A stretch of 60,507 nt of DNA from Gemmatimonadota bacterium (GCA_033763675.1 JANRJZ010000166.1:1-60507), one strand, 5' to 3'; counted from the stretch's first letter, positions 46,188 through 56,482 are shown. The notes: generated by a model from the sequence alone, not told the origin. A program made the numbers and translations.

Positions 46188-48194
46188 CTAGCTGGTGGCG
46201 AATCCCATGCGGTGGGCGAGGTGCGCCATGGCGCCCTCGTCCGCCGCGTTGGCTTTCCAGATCCGGTAGAAGGCGGTCTGGGCGTCGAACGGGACCGCCT
46301 GGCCCAGATGCTCGAGGATCACCAGCAGCTCCACCACCGCCCCCCGGGCCGCCTCCCCCTGATCGGTCGCCAGCGCCTGCACATGGCGGAGCAGTGCCCG
46401 CCGGATGAGTGGGCGGAGCTCCATCCCCTGGTCCAGCTGCCCCCGCTCCTCGGGGGAAAGGCGCCGCGCCAGGGCCGCGCCCCGCAGGACGGTGGCGATC
46501 GCGGTGCGCTGCCGCTCCGGCAGGTCCCTCAGCGACAGCTCCGCCGCGCCAATCCCGGGGGCGCGTACCCCGACCCCCAGCTCCAGCCCCAGCCCGGTCA
46601 GGTGGACCGCCATCTGGTACTCCCGGCCGGTGCGGCGGTCGGTCAGGGTCAGCCGCTCCTCCGGCCCCTCCAGCCGCCAGGCGGGGCTGGTGGCGGCGCC
46701 GGGCGCCAGGTGCCGTGCCGCTGCCAGCCCGGCCCCGATCTGGAGCGGTGGCGGGAGCTGCGGCCGGGCACGCTGCAGGTAGATCTCGCGGCCTGAACCC
46801 AGCGTCCGCGCATTCGACTCCGCCGCGGCCAGCCGCTGGCTGAAGCCATCCTCCAGCCGGGGACCATCGTCGCCCGCGAGGGCCACCACTCGCGCGGCGT
46901 AGCGCAGCACCTGCAGCGCCTCGATGCCGCCGATGTCGTCGAAGAACCAGGCGCAGGAGGTCAGCGAGCGGAGCGCTCCCCGCTCCAGCTCCAGCAGCTC
47001 GGCGGCGCGCACCTGGGCATCGGGGTCGAGCCCCTCGCGGGCGGCACGGCGGGCATAGTCCCGGAGACCGTCCGGACCCAGGCCGAGGGCACCGCCATAA
47101 CCCGCCAGCGCCGCCGCGGGCTCGGGGAAGAGGGCGGGGGCCTCACGGTCGTAGCGGCTGTGCGCTTCCTGGGTGAGCCAGGCGATCGCCTCGCGCAACG
47201 GGGCCCGCCAGCGCTGCTGGGTGGGCCGGTCCGGCGCCATCTTGCAGCCGCAATCGCTGCGCCAGCGTTCCACGCCATGGCTGCAGCTCCAGGAGCTGGG
47301 CGCCACCAGCCGGACCTCGTGGGTCACCCCGTGACGGGCCAGGAAGCTGGCACAGTTCTCCACCACCATCCCCGGCGTCTGCCGCAGCCGCTCCAGGGTG
47401 AGCGCCAGCGCCATCTCCCCGAAGGCATGGTGATGGCCGTAGGTCTCGCCATCGGTCGCGACGGTGATCAGCGCCGGCGGCGTGGCGCCCGGCGGCTGCT
47501 CCAGCACCCGGGCACTCCAGGCCATCCCGTCCCGGACCAGCGGCCCGAAGGCGACGTCGTGGGACATCGGGCCGTCGTAGGGGAACACCGCGAGGCTCCG
47601 GCCCGAGGCGGTCCGCACCAGCCCCGGCAACCCGCCCGGGGGCAGGGGGTCCACCTGGTGCGGCGCCAAGATGGTGAACCGGATCCCCTCCTGTGCCAGC
47701 ACGTCCAGGGTCTCTTCGTCCACCGCGGTCTCGGGCAGCCACATCCCCTCGGGCTCCCGCCCGAAGCGGCGGCGGAAGTCGGCGATCCCCCAGCGGACCT
47801 CGATGGTCTTCTCGCGGCGGGTGGACAGCGGCAGGATGGCGTGGTGGTAGGGCATTGCGAGGGCGTTGCCGTGCCCGAGGCGCGCGGCGCTGGCGCGGTC
47901 CGCGTCCAGCAGGAGGGCGTAGGTGTCCGGCGCGGCATGCTCGAGCCATTCGAGCAGCGTCGGCCCCACGTTGAAGCTGAGCCACTCGTAGCAGTTCACG
48001 ATCCGGGCGATGCGCCCCCCCGCTCCCGGGATCCGGGCCGCCCCGACCGCGCGGTAGCACTCCTGCTCGATCCGCTCGTTCCAGTCGTGGAAGGGGGCCG
48101 CGCCGGGGTCGGCGGCCAGCTCCTCCAGCCAGGGATCCTCGCGCGGCGGCTGGTAGAAGTGCCCGTGAATCACCACCGAACGCGGGGGAATCAC
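46188..48194 (-). CDS. GH57 / DUF3536 domain protein
   Basis: IHGHFYQPPREDPW, PFHDWNERI, SFNVGPTLL, GMWLPETA, TDGETYGHH, SWSCSHGVERW; GTGA overlap with the upstream gene. Confidence 0.85.
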   Translation of the reverse strand: MIPPRSVVIHGHFYQPPREDPWLEELAADPGAAPFHDWNERIEQECYRAVGAARIPGAGGRIARIVNCYEWLSFNVGPTLLEWLEHAAPDTYALLLDADRASAARLGHGNALAMPYHHAILPLSTRREKTIEVRWGIADFRRRFGREPEGMWLPETAVDEETLDVLAQEGIRFTILAPHQVDPLPPGGLPGLVRTASGRSLAVFPYDGPMSHDVAFGPLVRDGMAWSARVLEQPPGATPPALITVATDGETYGHHHAFGEMALALTLERLRQTPGMVVENCASFLARHGVTHEVRLVAPSSWSCSHGVERWRSDCGCKMAPDRPTQQRWRAPLREAIAWLTQEAHSRYDREAPALFPEPAAALAGYGGALGLGPDGLRDYARRAAREGLDPDAQVRAAELLELERGALRSLTSCAWFFDDIGGIEALQVLRYAARVVALAGDDGPRLEDGFSQRLAAAESNARTLGSGREIYLQRARPQLPPPLQIGAGLAAARHLAPGAATSPAWRLEGPEERLTLTDRRTGREYQMAVHLTGLGLELGVGVRAPGIGAAELSLRDLPERQRTAIATVLRGAALARRLSPEERGQLDQGMELRPLIRRALLRHVQALATDQGEAARGAVVELLVILEHLGQAVPFDAQTAFYRIWKANAADEGAMAHLAHRMGFATS

Positions 48195-49912
48195 GAGGCG
48201 GGGGCCGGTCGCTTCGCCAGCACCTGGGCCACGGTGTCCAGCACGTTGGGGAAGACATGGTCGCGGCGCCACTGCTCGGCGGCGCTGGCCTGGGCGGCGG
48301 GCAGGAGGCTGGCGTCCCCCTCGAGCGCGGCGAGCAGCCCCTCGGCGTCTTCACAATGCTCAGTGAAGCGCTTCACGGCGTAGTCGGTCACCGCCCCGGT
48401 CGAGATGATGAACTGCCAGTCGGAGCCCATGGCGAGGAGCATGGCGCGGGCGGCCTGGGCCAGCACCGGCCGGGTGGCTTCCGCGGCGAGCGCGGCCGGC
48501 GCCGCCCGCCAGAACCGTTCCTCGATGGCCCACAGCCGCGGCCAGGTCCAGGCCGTCTCGCCGTTGAGCCACATGCTGAAATCGCCGTTGGCGCCCCAGG
48601 AGCCGGTGGTGAGGTGTATGGCCCGGTCGCCGGCGGCGCCGGCGAGGTGCTGGGTGGCGGTCACCGGGCGCACTTCCGGATGCGCCCGCACCGCGCGGTA
48701 CACCTGCGACAGGAATTCCACTCCCTCGAACCACCAGTGGCCGAACAGCTCGGTGTCGAACGGCACGGCAACGAGGTGCCCGGCGGCTCGGCGACTCGGC
48801 GACTCGGCGATCCTGCCGAGCAGCGAGGCAAAGTGCCGGGCATGCCCCCCGACCCGTTCGATGGCCCGGCTCGGGTCATAGGGCTCCTTCTGGCCCAGGT
48901 CGGATCCCGGCGCGCTGACCCGCCAGTACTTGAGCCCGCCCGGCCAGCGGATCTTGTGGAACTCGAGGTACCACTCGTCGCCGGGGTAGCCCTCCTGCTT
49001 GCTCCATACCTGCCGGGAGGCCACCGGGTCGCGCACGAAGGCGCTGACGGGCGTGGGTCCGTCGGCCCCCGCGACCCGATAGGCCTCGTACGGCGTGTTC
49101 GGCGCGTCGGGCTGCTCCGCCGAGGCGCCGGGCCGCCGAGCCGCCGAGTCGGCGAGTTTCCCCTCCACCTCCATGCGCCACTCGCCCCAGTCCGCGCCGT
49201 AGAACTTGAACGCCTGGCCCGCGGCGGCGAGGTGGCTGTCCACGAAGAAGTACCGGAACCCCGCCTCGGTCACGTGCTCCTCGATGCCGGCCCGGATGCC
49301 CGGGTTCGGGGCGGAGGGCAGGGGGGCCCAGTGGCCCTGCGGGCGGTAGGCGCACTCGGGCAGCCAGAGTCCCTGCGGAGCGCGGCCGAAGATGCGGCGG
49401 TGTTCGGCGTGCCCCAGCTGGAGCTGCAGCCGGATGCTCTCGTCCCGCGCCAGCAGCGGCAGGAAGCCGTGGGTGGCGCCGCAGGAGATGAGCTCCACCC
49501 GGCCCGCCTCCTCCATCCGCCGGAAGGCGCGGGCCAGGTTGCCGCCCGCGTTCCGGAACACCTGCCGCAGCCCCAGCAGGTGGCCCCGCCAGAACTCGGC
49601 CAGGGGGATCAGGTGGGCGTCGCCGGTGCTGGTGAGCGACTCGACCGCCTCGTCGCAGGTGGTCAGCTTCTGGAAGAAGTACGCCTCCAGCTCGGCCACG
49701 AAGTCGGGGCTCTCGAGCTGGTTGGCGAGGATCGGGGTGATGCCGATGGTGAGCGGCGCCGCCACCGCTTCCGCCTCCAGCCGCTGCAGGGCGTCGAGGA
49801 GCGGCAGGTAGGTGTCGATGGCCGCTTCGCAGATCCAGTCGCTGCCGTGGGGCCAGCGCCCGTGGTTCAGCACGTAGGGGAGGTGGCTGTGCAGCGCGAG
49901 CACGAAGTCCAT
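48191..49912 (-). CDS. GH57 1,4-alpha-glucan branching enzyme (DUF1957)
   Basis: LHSHLPYV, ATHGFLPLL, GLWLPECAY, PFDTELFGHWWFEG, SDWQF. Confidence 0.88.
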   Translation of the reverse strand: MDFVLALHSHLPYVLNHGRWPHGSDWICEAAIDTYLPLLDALQRLEAEAVAAPLTIGITPILANQLESPDFVAELEAYFFQKLTTCDEAVESLTSTGDAHLIPLAEFWRGHLLGLRQVFRNAGGNLARAFRRMEEAGRVELISCGATHGFLPLLARDESIRLQLQLGHAEHRRIFGRAPQGLWLPECAYRPQGHWAPLPSAPNPGIRAGIEEHVTEAGFRYFFVDSHLAAAGQAFKFYGADWGEWRMEVEGKLADSAARRPGASAEQPDAPNTPYEAYRVAGADGPTPVSAFVRDPVASRQVWSKQEGYPGDEWYLEFHKIRWPGGLKYWRVSAPGSDLGQKEPYDPSRAIERVGGHARHFASLLGRIAESPSRRAAGHLVAVPFDTELFGHWWFEGVEFLSQVYRAVRAHPEVRPVTATQHLAGAAGDRAIHLTTGSWGANGDFSMWLNGETAWTWPRLWAIEERFWRAAPAALAAEATRPVLAQAARAMLLAMGSDWQFIISTGAVTDYAVKRFTEHCEDAEGLLAALEGDASLLPAAQASAAEQWRRDHVFPNVLDTVAQVLAKRPAPAS

Positions 49913-49922
49913 GAGCCGCTCC

Positions 49923-51401
49923 TTACGCGACGGGGTGCTGCGCCAGGACCCGGCGGTACACCGCGAGATACTTCTCCGCCGAGCGGTCCCAGGAGAAGTC
50001 CTTCTGCATCGCGTTGCGCATCAGCTGGTCCCAGGCGGGGGGCTCGTGGTAGCGGTCCATCACGTGCCGCGCCACCCGCAGCAGGTCCTCGGAGCTGTAC
50101 TCGTCGAACAGGAAGCCGGTGGAGCCGTCCTCGATGGTATCGGCCAGGCCCCCGACCCGCCGGGCGAGCGGCACCGCGCCGTAGCGCTCCGCCCGCAGCT
50201 GGGCCAGCCCGCAGGGCTCGTACAGGGACGGCATCAGGTAGATGTCGGCGCCGGCCATCAGCCGGTGCTCCAGCCGCTCGGAGAACCCGAGGTGGACGCT
50301 GATCCGCTCCGGCCAGCGGGACTCGTACATCTTGAGCAGCGCCTCATACTTCGCCTCGCCGGTGCCGAGGAAGATGAACTGCGCCTCCAGCATGAACAGC
50401 GAGTATTCCCCGGTGATCAGCTCCAGCCCCTTCTGGTGGGTCATCCGCGCCGTCATCGCGAACAGCGGGATCCGCCGCCGCTGGGGCAGCCCGAAGCTGC
50501 GCTGCAGCGCCGCCTTGCAGCGCGCCTTGCCGGAGAGGTCCCCGATCGAGTAGGTCGCGGTGATGTGCGGATCCTGGGCCGGGTTCCACTCCTTCATGTC
50601 GATCCCGTTCACGATGCCGGTGAACCGCTCCCCGAGCCACAGGAAGACGTCATGCAGCCCGAAGCCGCCCACCGGGGTGCGCAGCTCGTGCGCATGCGTC
50701 GGGCTCACGGTGGTCACCGCGTCGGCGAACTTGAGCCCGCCCTTGAGCAGGTTGAGCTTGTCGTGCCACTCGAGGTGCTGCCAGGTATAGAGCTCCCAGG
50801 GGAGCCCGATCTCCGGCATCCCGCTGGCGGGGAAGTGGCCCTGGAACCCGGCGTTGTGCACCGTGAGCACGCTCCGGATCCCGCGGGCAAACGGCTGGTC
50901 GCCGTGATAGGTCCGCAGGTAGACCGCCGCCAGCGCGGTGTGCCAGTCGTGGCAGTGCAGCACCAGCGGGCTCCGCGCCACCCGCGGCAGGCTTTCGAGC
51001 GCGGCGCGGCAGAAGAAGGCCCAGCGGTGCAGGTTGTCGGCATAGTCCATCCCCGACTCGCCGTAGAGCCCCGCCCGGTCGAAGTAGGGGTGTTCGATGC
51101 AGTAGATCTTGGGCTTGCCCGGCTCGCTCGGGATGCGGAACAGCCGGGTTTCCTCCGTCCGCGGCCCCACCTGCACGTGGAACGGCCCCGCCACCCGCTC
51201 CAGCGCCGGCGCGGCGCTCCGGACCGAGCGGTGCAGGGGAATGATCACCGCCACCGGGATCCCCGCCGCGGCCTGGGTCGCCGCCAGCCCGGCCACGGCC
51301 TCGGCCAGGCCGCCGGTCCGGGCCAGCCAGCCGAATTCGGCCGCCAGGTGGACCACCCCGATGGGTTGGCCGTCATGGATGCCCAAGGGGGCGTCGGTCA
51401 C
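49923..51401 (-). CDS. glgA: Glycogen synthase (GT5)
   Basis: RTGGL (variant of KTGGL), HCHDWHT, TVHNAGFQG, TVSPT, GIVNGID, MPSLYEPCGL, GGLADT. GTG start 51401 (ORF open to 51443). Confidence 0.9.
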   Translation of the reverse strand: MTDAPLGIHDGQPIGVVHLAAEFGWLARTGGLAEAVAGLAATQAAAGIPVAVIIPLHRSVRSAAPALERVAGPFHVQVGPRTEETRLFRIPSEPGKPKIYCIEHPYFDRAGLYGESGMDYADNLHRWAFFCRAALESLPRVARSPLVLHCHDWHTALAAVYLRTYHGDQPFARGIRSVLTVHNAGFQGHFPASGMPEIGLPWELYTWQHLEWHDKLNLLKGGLKFADAVTTVSPTHAHELRTPVGGFGLHDVFLWLGERFTGIVNGIDMKEWNPAQDPHITATYSIGDLSGKARCKAALQRSFGLPQRRRIPLFAMTARMTHQKGLELITGEYSLFMLEAQFIFLGTGEAKYEALLKMYESRWPERISVHLGFSERLEHRLMAGADIYLMPSLYEPCGLAQLRAERYGAVPLARRVGGLADTIEDGSTGFLFDEYSSEDLLRVARHVMDRYHEPPAWDQLMRNAMQKDFSWDRSAEKYLAVYRRVLAQHPVA

Positions 51402-51426
51402 CAGAGGCTCTCCGGAAGCACGCACG

Positions 51427-53577
51427 TCAGGTGGGCGGGGCACTGGCCGGGGTCTCTCCCCGCATGGCCGGGGCGTAGTATCCGCTCACGTAGTCCTGCA
51501 CCATCCGGCGCGAGGTGAAGTGCTGGCCCGCGTGTCGCAGCGCGTGCTTCATCCGCTGCAGCCATTCGATGGGCAAGCCCCGCGCGTCGCGCTTGTAGTA
51601 CAACGGCACCACCTCGTCCTCGAGGAGGTCGTACAGCCGTCCCGCGTCCACCTCGTCCGCCGCCTCGTCCGGCAAGGGGGTGGGGATGGCCCAGCCGTTC
51701 ATCCCCATGTAGCCCTCCGCCCACCATCCGTCCAGAGTGGAGAGTTGGGGAACCGCGTTGAGCGCCGCCTTCATGCCGCTGGTGCCGCAGGCCTCCAGCG
51801 GCACCCGCGGCACGTTGAGCCAGAGGTCCACTCCCTGCACCAGCCGGTGGGCCAGGTGCATCTCGTAGTCCTCGATGAATGCTACCCGGCCCTCGAGCCG
51901 GGGATCCCGGGTGAAGGTGTACACCTGCTGCAGCACTTCCTTCCCCGGCTGGTCCTCCGGGTGCGCCTTCCCGGCGAACACGAGCTGCACCGGGCGCCAG
52001 GGGTTCACCAGCAGGTCGTGCAGCCGGTCGAAGTCGGAGAACAGCAGGGAGGCCCGCTTGTAGGTGGCGAACCGGCGGGCGAACCCGATGGTCAACGCCC
52101 CGGGGGAGAGCAGGGTTCCGGCGCCCACCACGTGGGCGGCCTCCTTCCACCGCTCGGTCCACCGGCGCCGGGCATCTTCCCGGATGAAGGTGAACAGGCC
52201 CAGCTTCATCTCGGTGTGCAGGTTCCACAGTTCGTGGTCATCGACCGAGAGCACGGCGTCCCAGAAGTGGGGCTCGTCCCGGCGTTCCATCCACCCTTCG
52301 CCCAGGTGCCGGTCCAGCAGCTGGCGCATGTGGCCCGACATCCAGGTGGGGAGGTGCACGCCGTTGGTCACCGCGCCGATCGGCACCTGGCCGGCCTCGA
52401 GCCCCGGCCACAGCGGGCGCCAGATCTCGCGGGAGACCTCCCCGTGCTTCTGGGCCACGCCGTTCACCCGGGCGGAGAGCCGGATGGCGGTCGACGTCAT
52501 GTGGAAGAGCGGGTGCTCATCCTCCGGGTGGCTGCCGATGGCCACGAACTGCTCCGGCGTGAGGCCCAGCTCCTGCCAAACCGGGCCGGCGCAGGCCAGC
52601 ACCTGGTCCACGTCGAACCGGTCGTGGCCCGCGGGGACCGGGGTGTGGGTGGTGAAGATGCTCCGGGCCCGCACCTCGGCCCACGCCTCGGCGAAGGGCC
52701 GGCCCGCCGCGACCAGCTCCCGCAACCGCTCGACCAGCATGAACGCGGCGTGGCCCTCATTGGCATGCCAGGCGGCCGGCTCCACCCCCGCCGCGCGCAG
52801 CACCCGGACGCCGCCCACGCCGAGGATCCACTCCTGCCGCAGCCGCATCGCGGGGCCGCCTGCGTAGAGCTTGGCCGAGAGGTCCCGGTCCGCGGGATCG
52901 TTCTCCTCGAGGTTGGTGTCGAGCAGGTAGACCGGCACCCGTCCCACCTGCATCCGCCAGGCGCCGACGTGCACCGGCCGGCCGAAGGTCTCCACCACCG
53001 TGAGGAAGGGCTCGCCGCCCGCGTCCTGCACCCGCTCCAGCGGCGTGGTGTCCACCTCGAAGCGGACGTCACTGTCCTCCTGCCACCCGTCGATCCGGAG
53101 CTGCTGGTCGAAGTAGCCCTTGGTGTAGAACAGCCCCACGCCCACCAGCGGCAGCCCCAGGTCCGAGGCGGTCTTGAGGTGGTCGCCCGCCAGGATGCCG
53201 AGGCCGCCGGAGTAGATCGGCACCGAGTTGTGCAGGCCGAACTCGGCACAGAAGTATGCCACCGGCCGCGTCAGCTCGGGGTAGTGCCGGTGGAACCAGG
53301 TGTCGGGGGCGCCCAGCGCCCGCCGGGCGGAGTCCATGACCCGGTCGTAGAGCGCCAGGAAGCCGGGATCGTTGGCGCACGCCGCCAGCCGGGCCGGATC
53401 CACCCGCCGCAGCAGCGCCAGCGGGTTGTGCTTGGTCAGGTGCCAGAGGGGCTCGTCCACCTTGCGGAAGACGTTCCGGGCATCGGGGGACCAGCTCCAC
53501 CAGAGGTTGCTGGCGAGGGCGGCGAGCCCCTCGATCCGCGGAGGAAGGTAGGGGAGTCGGAGTCGTGGCTGGTTCAT
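51427..53577 (-). CDS. glgP: Alpha-glucan (glycogen) phosphorylase
   Basis: NLWWSW, YSGGLGILAGD, NEGHAAF, FARRFATYKR, EACGTSGMK, DGWWAEG. Confidence 0.93.
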   Translation of the reverse strand: MNQPRLRLPYLPPRIEGLAALASNLWWSWSPDARNVFRKVDEPLWHLTKHNPLALLRRVDPARLAACANDPGFLALYDRVMDSARRALGAPDTWFHRHYPELTRPVAYFCAEFGLHNSVPIYSGGLGILAGDHLKTASDLGLPLVGVGLFYTKGYFDQQLRIDGWQEDSDVRFEVDTTPLERVQDAGGEPFLTVVETFGRPVHVGAWRMQVGRVPVYLLDTNLEENDPADRDLSAKLYAGGPAMRLRQEWILGVGGVRVLRAAGVEPAAWHANEGHAAFMLVERLRELVAAGRPFAEAWAEVRARSIFTTHTPVPAGHDRFDVDQVLACAGPVWQELGLTPEQFVAIGSHPEDEHPLFHMTSTAIRLSARVNGVAQKHGEVSREIWRPLWPGLEAGQVPIGAVTNGVHLPTWMSGHMRQLLDRHLGEGWMERRDEPHFWDAVLSVDDHELWNLHTEMKLGLFTFIREDARRRWTERWKEAAHVVGAGTLLSPGALTIGFARRFATYKRASLLFSDFDRLHDLLVNPWRPVQLVFAGKAHPEDQPGKEVLQQVYTFTRDPRLEGRVAFIEDYEMHLAHRLVQGVDLWLNVPRVPLEACGTSGMKAALNAVPQLSTLDGWWAEGYMGMNGWAIPTPLPDEAADEVDAGRLYDLLEDEVVPLYYKRDARGLPIEWLQRMKHALRHAGQHFTSRRMVQDYVSGYYAPAMRGETPASAPPT

Positions 53578-53657
53578 GTCACTCGAAAGCTGGCGGGGCG
53601 CGAACTGGCCCGGGGAAGGTACTCACATGCGGGAGGGGAGGAAACCCGCGCGGCCGT

Positions 53658-54086
53658 TCACCCGGCCGCGCGCAGGAGCAGGCTCGCCACGACGGCCCGG
53701 GCGGTCCAGAGCAGGGTGCGGATCCAGTTGGTGAGGACCAGGCGGCGGTGGGCCCGCGAGTCCGACCCGGCGAGGAGCCGGCCGTGCATCGGCATGATCA
53801 GCATCGCGGTCGAGGCCCAGATGAACACCAGCATCGCGAGGCCGAATCCGGGGAGCATCCGGCCGGTGCCGTCGGGGGGGCTCGCCAGGAGCCCCACGGC
53901 GGTGATCGCCTCGAGCAGCATCACCGGGATCACGACCAGCGACACCCGCCGCTGGTGCGCCGCGGCGTAGCCCGCCGCTTCGGTGCGACCCACCTGTCCC
54001 ATGAGCGGGTAGTGCACCACCTGCACGAACCAGATGAGGCCGGTCATGAACCAGGTCGCGGCGGCGTGGAGGATGGGCAGGGCCAT
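53658..54086 (-). CDS. Conserved hypothetical membrane protein
   Basis: Four hydrophobic segments; GLIWFVQVVHYP, NWIRTLLW; a -10-like TACCTT lies 6 nt before the ATG. Confidence 0.75.
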   Translation of the reverse strand: MALPILHAAATWFMTGLIWFVQVVHYPLMGQVGRTEAAGYAAAHQRRVSLVVIPVMLLEAITAVGLLASPPDGTGRMLPGFGLAMLVFIWASTAMLIMPMHGRLLAGSDSRAHRRLVLTNWIRTLLWTARAVVASLLLRAAG

Positions 54087-54105
54087 GGCGGGAAGGTACA
54101 CCGGC

Positions 54106-54153
54106 GGGCGATTGGGCGATTGGGCGATTGGGCAATTGGGCGGTTGGGCGATT
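54106..54153. repeat. 8-nt tandem repeat GGGCRRTT x6 downstream of ettA
   Basis: gggcgatt x3, gggcaatt, gggcggtt, gggcgatt. Confidence 0.92.
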
Positions 54154-54179
54154 GGAGGATCTCCGAGCCGCCGAGCCGC

Positions 54180-55856
54180 CTACCGGTGCAGCGGCTTGAA
54201 CTTGACCCGGTGCGGCTGGCTGGCATCCACGCCCTTCCGCTTCCTGAAGTCGGCGGCGTAGTCCTGGTAGTTCCCTTCGAACCAGGTCACTTCGCTGTTG
54301 CCCTCGAAGGCGAGGATGTGGGTGGCGATGCGGTCCAGGAACCAGCGGTCGTGGCTGATCACCACGGCGCACCCCGCGAACCCGAGCAGGGCATCCTCGA
54401 GGGCGCGCAGCACGTCCACGTCGAGGTCATTGGTGGGCTCGTCCAGCAGCAGCAGGTTGCCGCCGGTCTTGAGCAGCTTGGCCATGTGCAGCCGGTTGCG
54501 CTCGCCTCCGGAGAGATCCTTCACCCGCTTCTGCTGGTCGGCCCCGCGGAAGTTGAACCCGGTGCAGTAGGCCCGGGCGTTGACCTTGCGGGTGCCGAAC
54601 AGCAGCTCGTCCTGGCCGCCCGAAATCTCCTCGTAGACGGTCTTGCTGCCGTCGAGGCTGTCCCGGGACTGGTCCACGTAGGACAGCCGGACGGTCTTCC
54701 CGATCACCAGTTCGCCGCTGTCGGGCGTCTCCTGCCCGGCGATCATCCGGAACAGGGTGGTCTTGCCGGCGCCGTTGGGGCCGATCACCCCGACGATGCC
54801 GCCGCGCGGCAGGGCGAAGTTGAGGTTCTCGAACAGCAGCCGGTCGCCGTAGCCCTTGCTCACGTCCTTGGCGATGACCACCTCGTCGCCCAGCCGCTCG
54901 GGGACCGGGATCATGATCTCGACCGTGCCCTCGCTCTGCCGCTCCGCCTCCTCCCGCAGCTGCTCGAACCGCTGCAGCCGGGCCTTGCTCTTGGCCTGGC
55001 GCGCCTTGGGGGCCATCCGTACCCACTCGAGCTCCCGCTCCAGGGTCTTCTGCCGGGCGCTGGCCTGCTTCTCCTCGACGGCCATCCGCTTGGCCTTCTG
55101 CGCCAGCCAGCTGGAGTAGTTCCCCTCCCAGGGGATCCCCGCGCCGCGGTCCAGCTCCAGGATCCACTTGGCCACGTTGTCGAGGAAGTACCGGTCGTGG
55201 GTGATCGCCACCACGGTCCCGGGGAAGGTCTCCAGGTACTTCTCCAGCCACGCGACGCTCTCGGCGTCGAGGTGGTTGGTGGGCTCGTCCAGCAGCAGCA
55301 TGTCGGGCTCGGAGAGCAGCAGGCGGCAGAGCGCCACCCGGCGCCGCTCGCCGCCCGAGAGCCGGGTCACGTCCGCGTCCCCCGGCGGGAGCCGGAGCGC
55401 ATCCATGGCCAGGTCGAGCTTGTGGTCCAGCTCCCAGAGGTTCAGGTGGTCGATCTGCTCCTGCAGGCGCCCCTGCTTCTCCAGCAGCTTCGTCATCTCG
55501 TCGTCGCCCATCGGCTCGGCGAACTGCATCGAGATCTCGTTGAAGTCATCCAGCAGCTTGCGCAGGTGCGCCACGCCGTCCTCCACGTTGCCCCGGACGT
55601 CCTGCGCGGGGTCGAGCTGCGGCTCCTGCGGCAGGGACCCGATCCGGGTCCCCGCGAGCGGCTTCGCCTCGCCCTGGAAGTCCTTGTCCACCCCCGCCAT
55701 GATGCGCAGCAGGGTGGATTTCCCCGCGCCGTTCGCGCCCAGCACGCCGATCTTGGCGCCGGGGTAGAACGACAGGTAGATGCCCTTGAGGATCTCTTTG
55801 CTGGGGGGCACGACCTTGCGGAGGTCGCGCATCGTGAAGATGTATTCGCCGGCCAT
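54180..55856 (-). CDS. ettA: Energy-dependent translational throttle protein EttA (ABC-F)
   Basis: [41 protein letters not shown]...[34 protein letters not shown]. Confidence 0.95.
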   Translation of the reverse strand: MAGEYIFTMRDLRKVVPPSKEILKGIYLSFYPGAKIGVLGANGAGKSTLLRIMAGVDKDFQGEAKPLAGTRIGSLPQEPQLDPAQDVRGNVEDGVAHLRKLLDDFNEISMQFAEPMGDDEMTKLLEKQGRLQEQIDHLNLWELDHKLDLAMDALRLPPGDADVTRLSGGERRRVALCRLLLSEPDMLLLDEPTNHLDAESVAWLEKYLETFPGTVVAITHDRYFLDNVAKWILELDRGAGIPWEGNYSSWLAQKAKRMAVEEKQASARQKTLERELEWVRMAPKARQAKSKARLQRFEQLREEAERQSEGTVEIMIPVPERLGDEVVIAKDVSKGYGDRLLFENLNFALPRGGIVGVIGPNGAGKTTLFRMIAGQETPDSGELVIGKTVRLSYVDQSRDSLDGSKTVYEEISGGQDELLFGTRKVNARAYCTGFNFRGADQQKRVKDLSGGERNRLHMAKLLKTGGNLLLLDEPTNDLDVDVLRALEDALLGFAGCAVVISHDRWFLDRIATHILAFEGNSEVTWFEGNYQDYAADFRKRKGVDASQPHRVKFKPLHR

Positions 55857-55891
55857 AGGGCGGGGAATATGGCCGGGGCGCCCCCGCGTGT

Positions 55892-55975
55892 GTAGGGGCG
55901 ACCCTTGGGGTGGCCCCGGCACACGCGAAGGGCGCCCCGGGAAACGCGAAGGGCGCCCCGACGGGGGCGCCCTAG
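55892..55975. repeat. REP-like doublet (GTAG family) with internal 17-nt direct repeat
   Basis: GTAGGGGCGACCC-TTG-GGGTGGCCCC, then ACGCGAAGGGCGCCCCG x2, then GGGCGCCCC-GACG-GGGGCGCCC-TAG. Confidence 0.65.
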
Positions 55976-55998
55976 GTCACGCGTCGGGCGGAACCGGG

Positions 55999-56304
55999 TT
56001 AGCTGAGGTTCTTGTTGGCGATCTTCGCCAGGTCGAACATCGTCACCTGGTCCTTCTTGAACAGCGGCTTGAGCTTGGCGTCGGCGTTGATCGCGCGGCG
56101 GTTCTTCTTGTCCTGCAGGTTATGGCGCTTGATGTACTGCCACAGCTTCTTGATCACCTCGGTCCGGGCAAGGGGCTTCTCGCCCACCACCGCCGCGAGC
56201 GTGGCCGACGGCGTCAGGGCCTTCATAAACGCCGCATTCGGCTTCCGCTTCGTGGCCTTCTTCGCGGCCTTCTTCTTGGCCGGAGCCTTCTTCTTCGTGG
56301 CCAT
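55999..56304 (-). CDS. Stand-alone SWIB/MDM2 domain protein with Lys/Ala-rich N-terminal tail
   Basis: PNAAFMKALTPS, RTEVIKKLWQYIKRHNLQD, INADAKL, VTMFDL; RBS GGAGG. Confidence 0.9.
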   Translation of the reverse strand: MATKKKAPAKKKAAKKATKRKPNAAFMKALTPSATLAAVVGEKPLARTEVIKKLWQYIKRHNLQDKKNRRAINADAKLKPLFKKDQVTMFDLAKIANKNLS

Positions 56305-56482
56305 CAGGTGCCTCCGTCAGGGGTGATTGGAACCTCCGCGCGCGGGTACCGCGCGGCATGCGAAACCCAAAGTAAGGGGTTGCCTCCCACGTGCAAGAGG
56401 GAAAATGCCCTTTTCCCCTCTGGAAACACCCCCGCACCGGGCTATCTTCCCTCGGCAATCACCCTGATCGTGGAGCCGTGCC

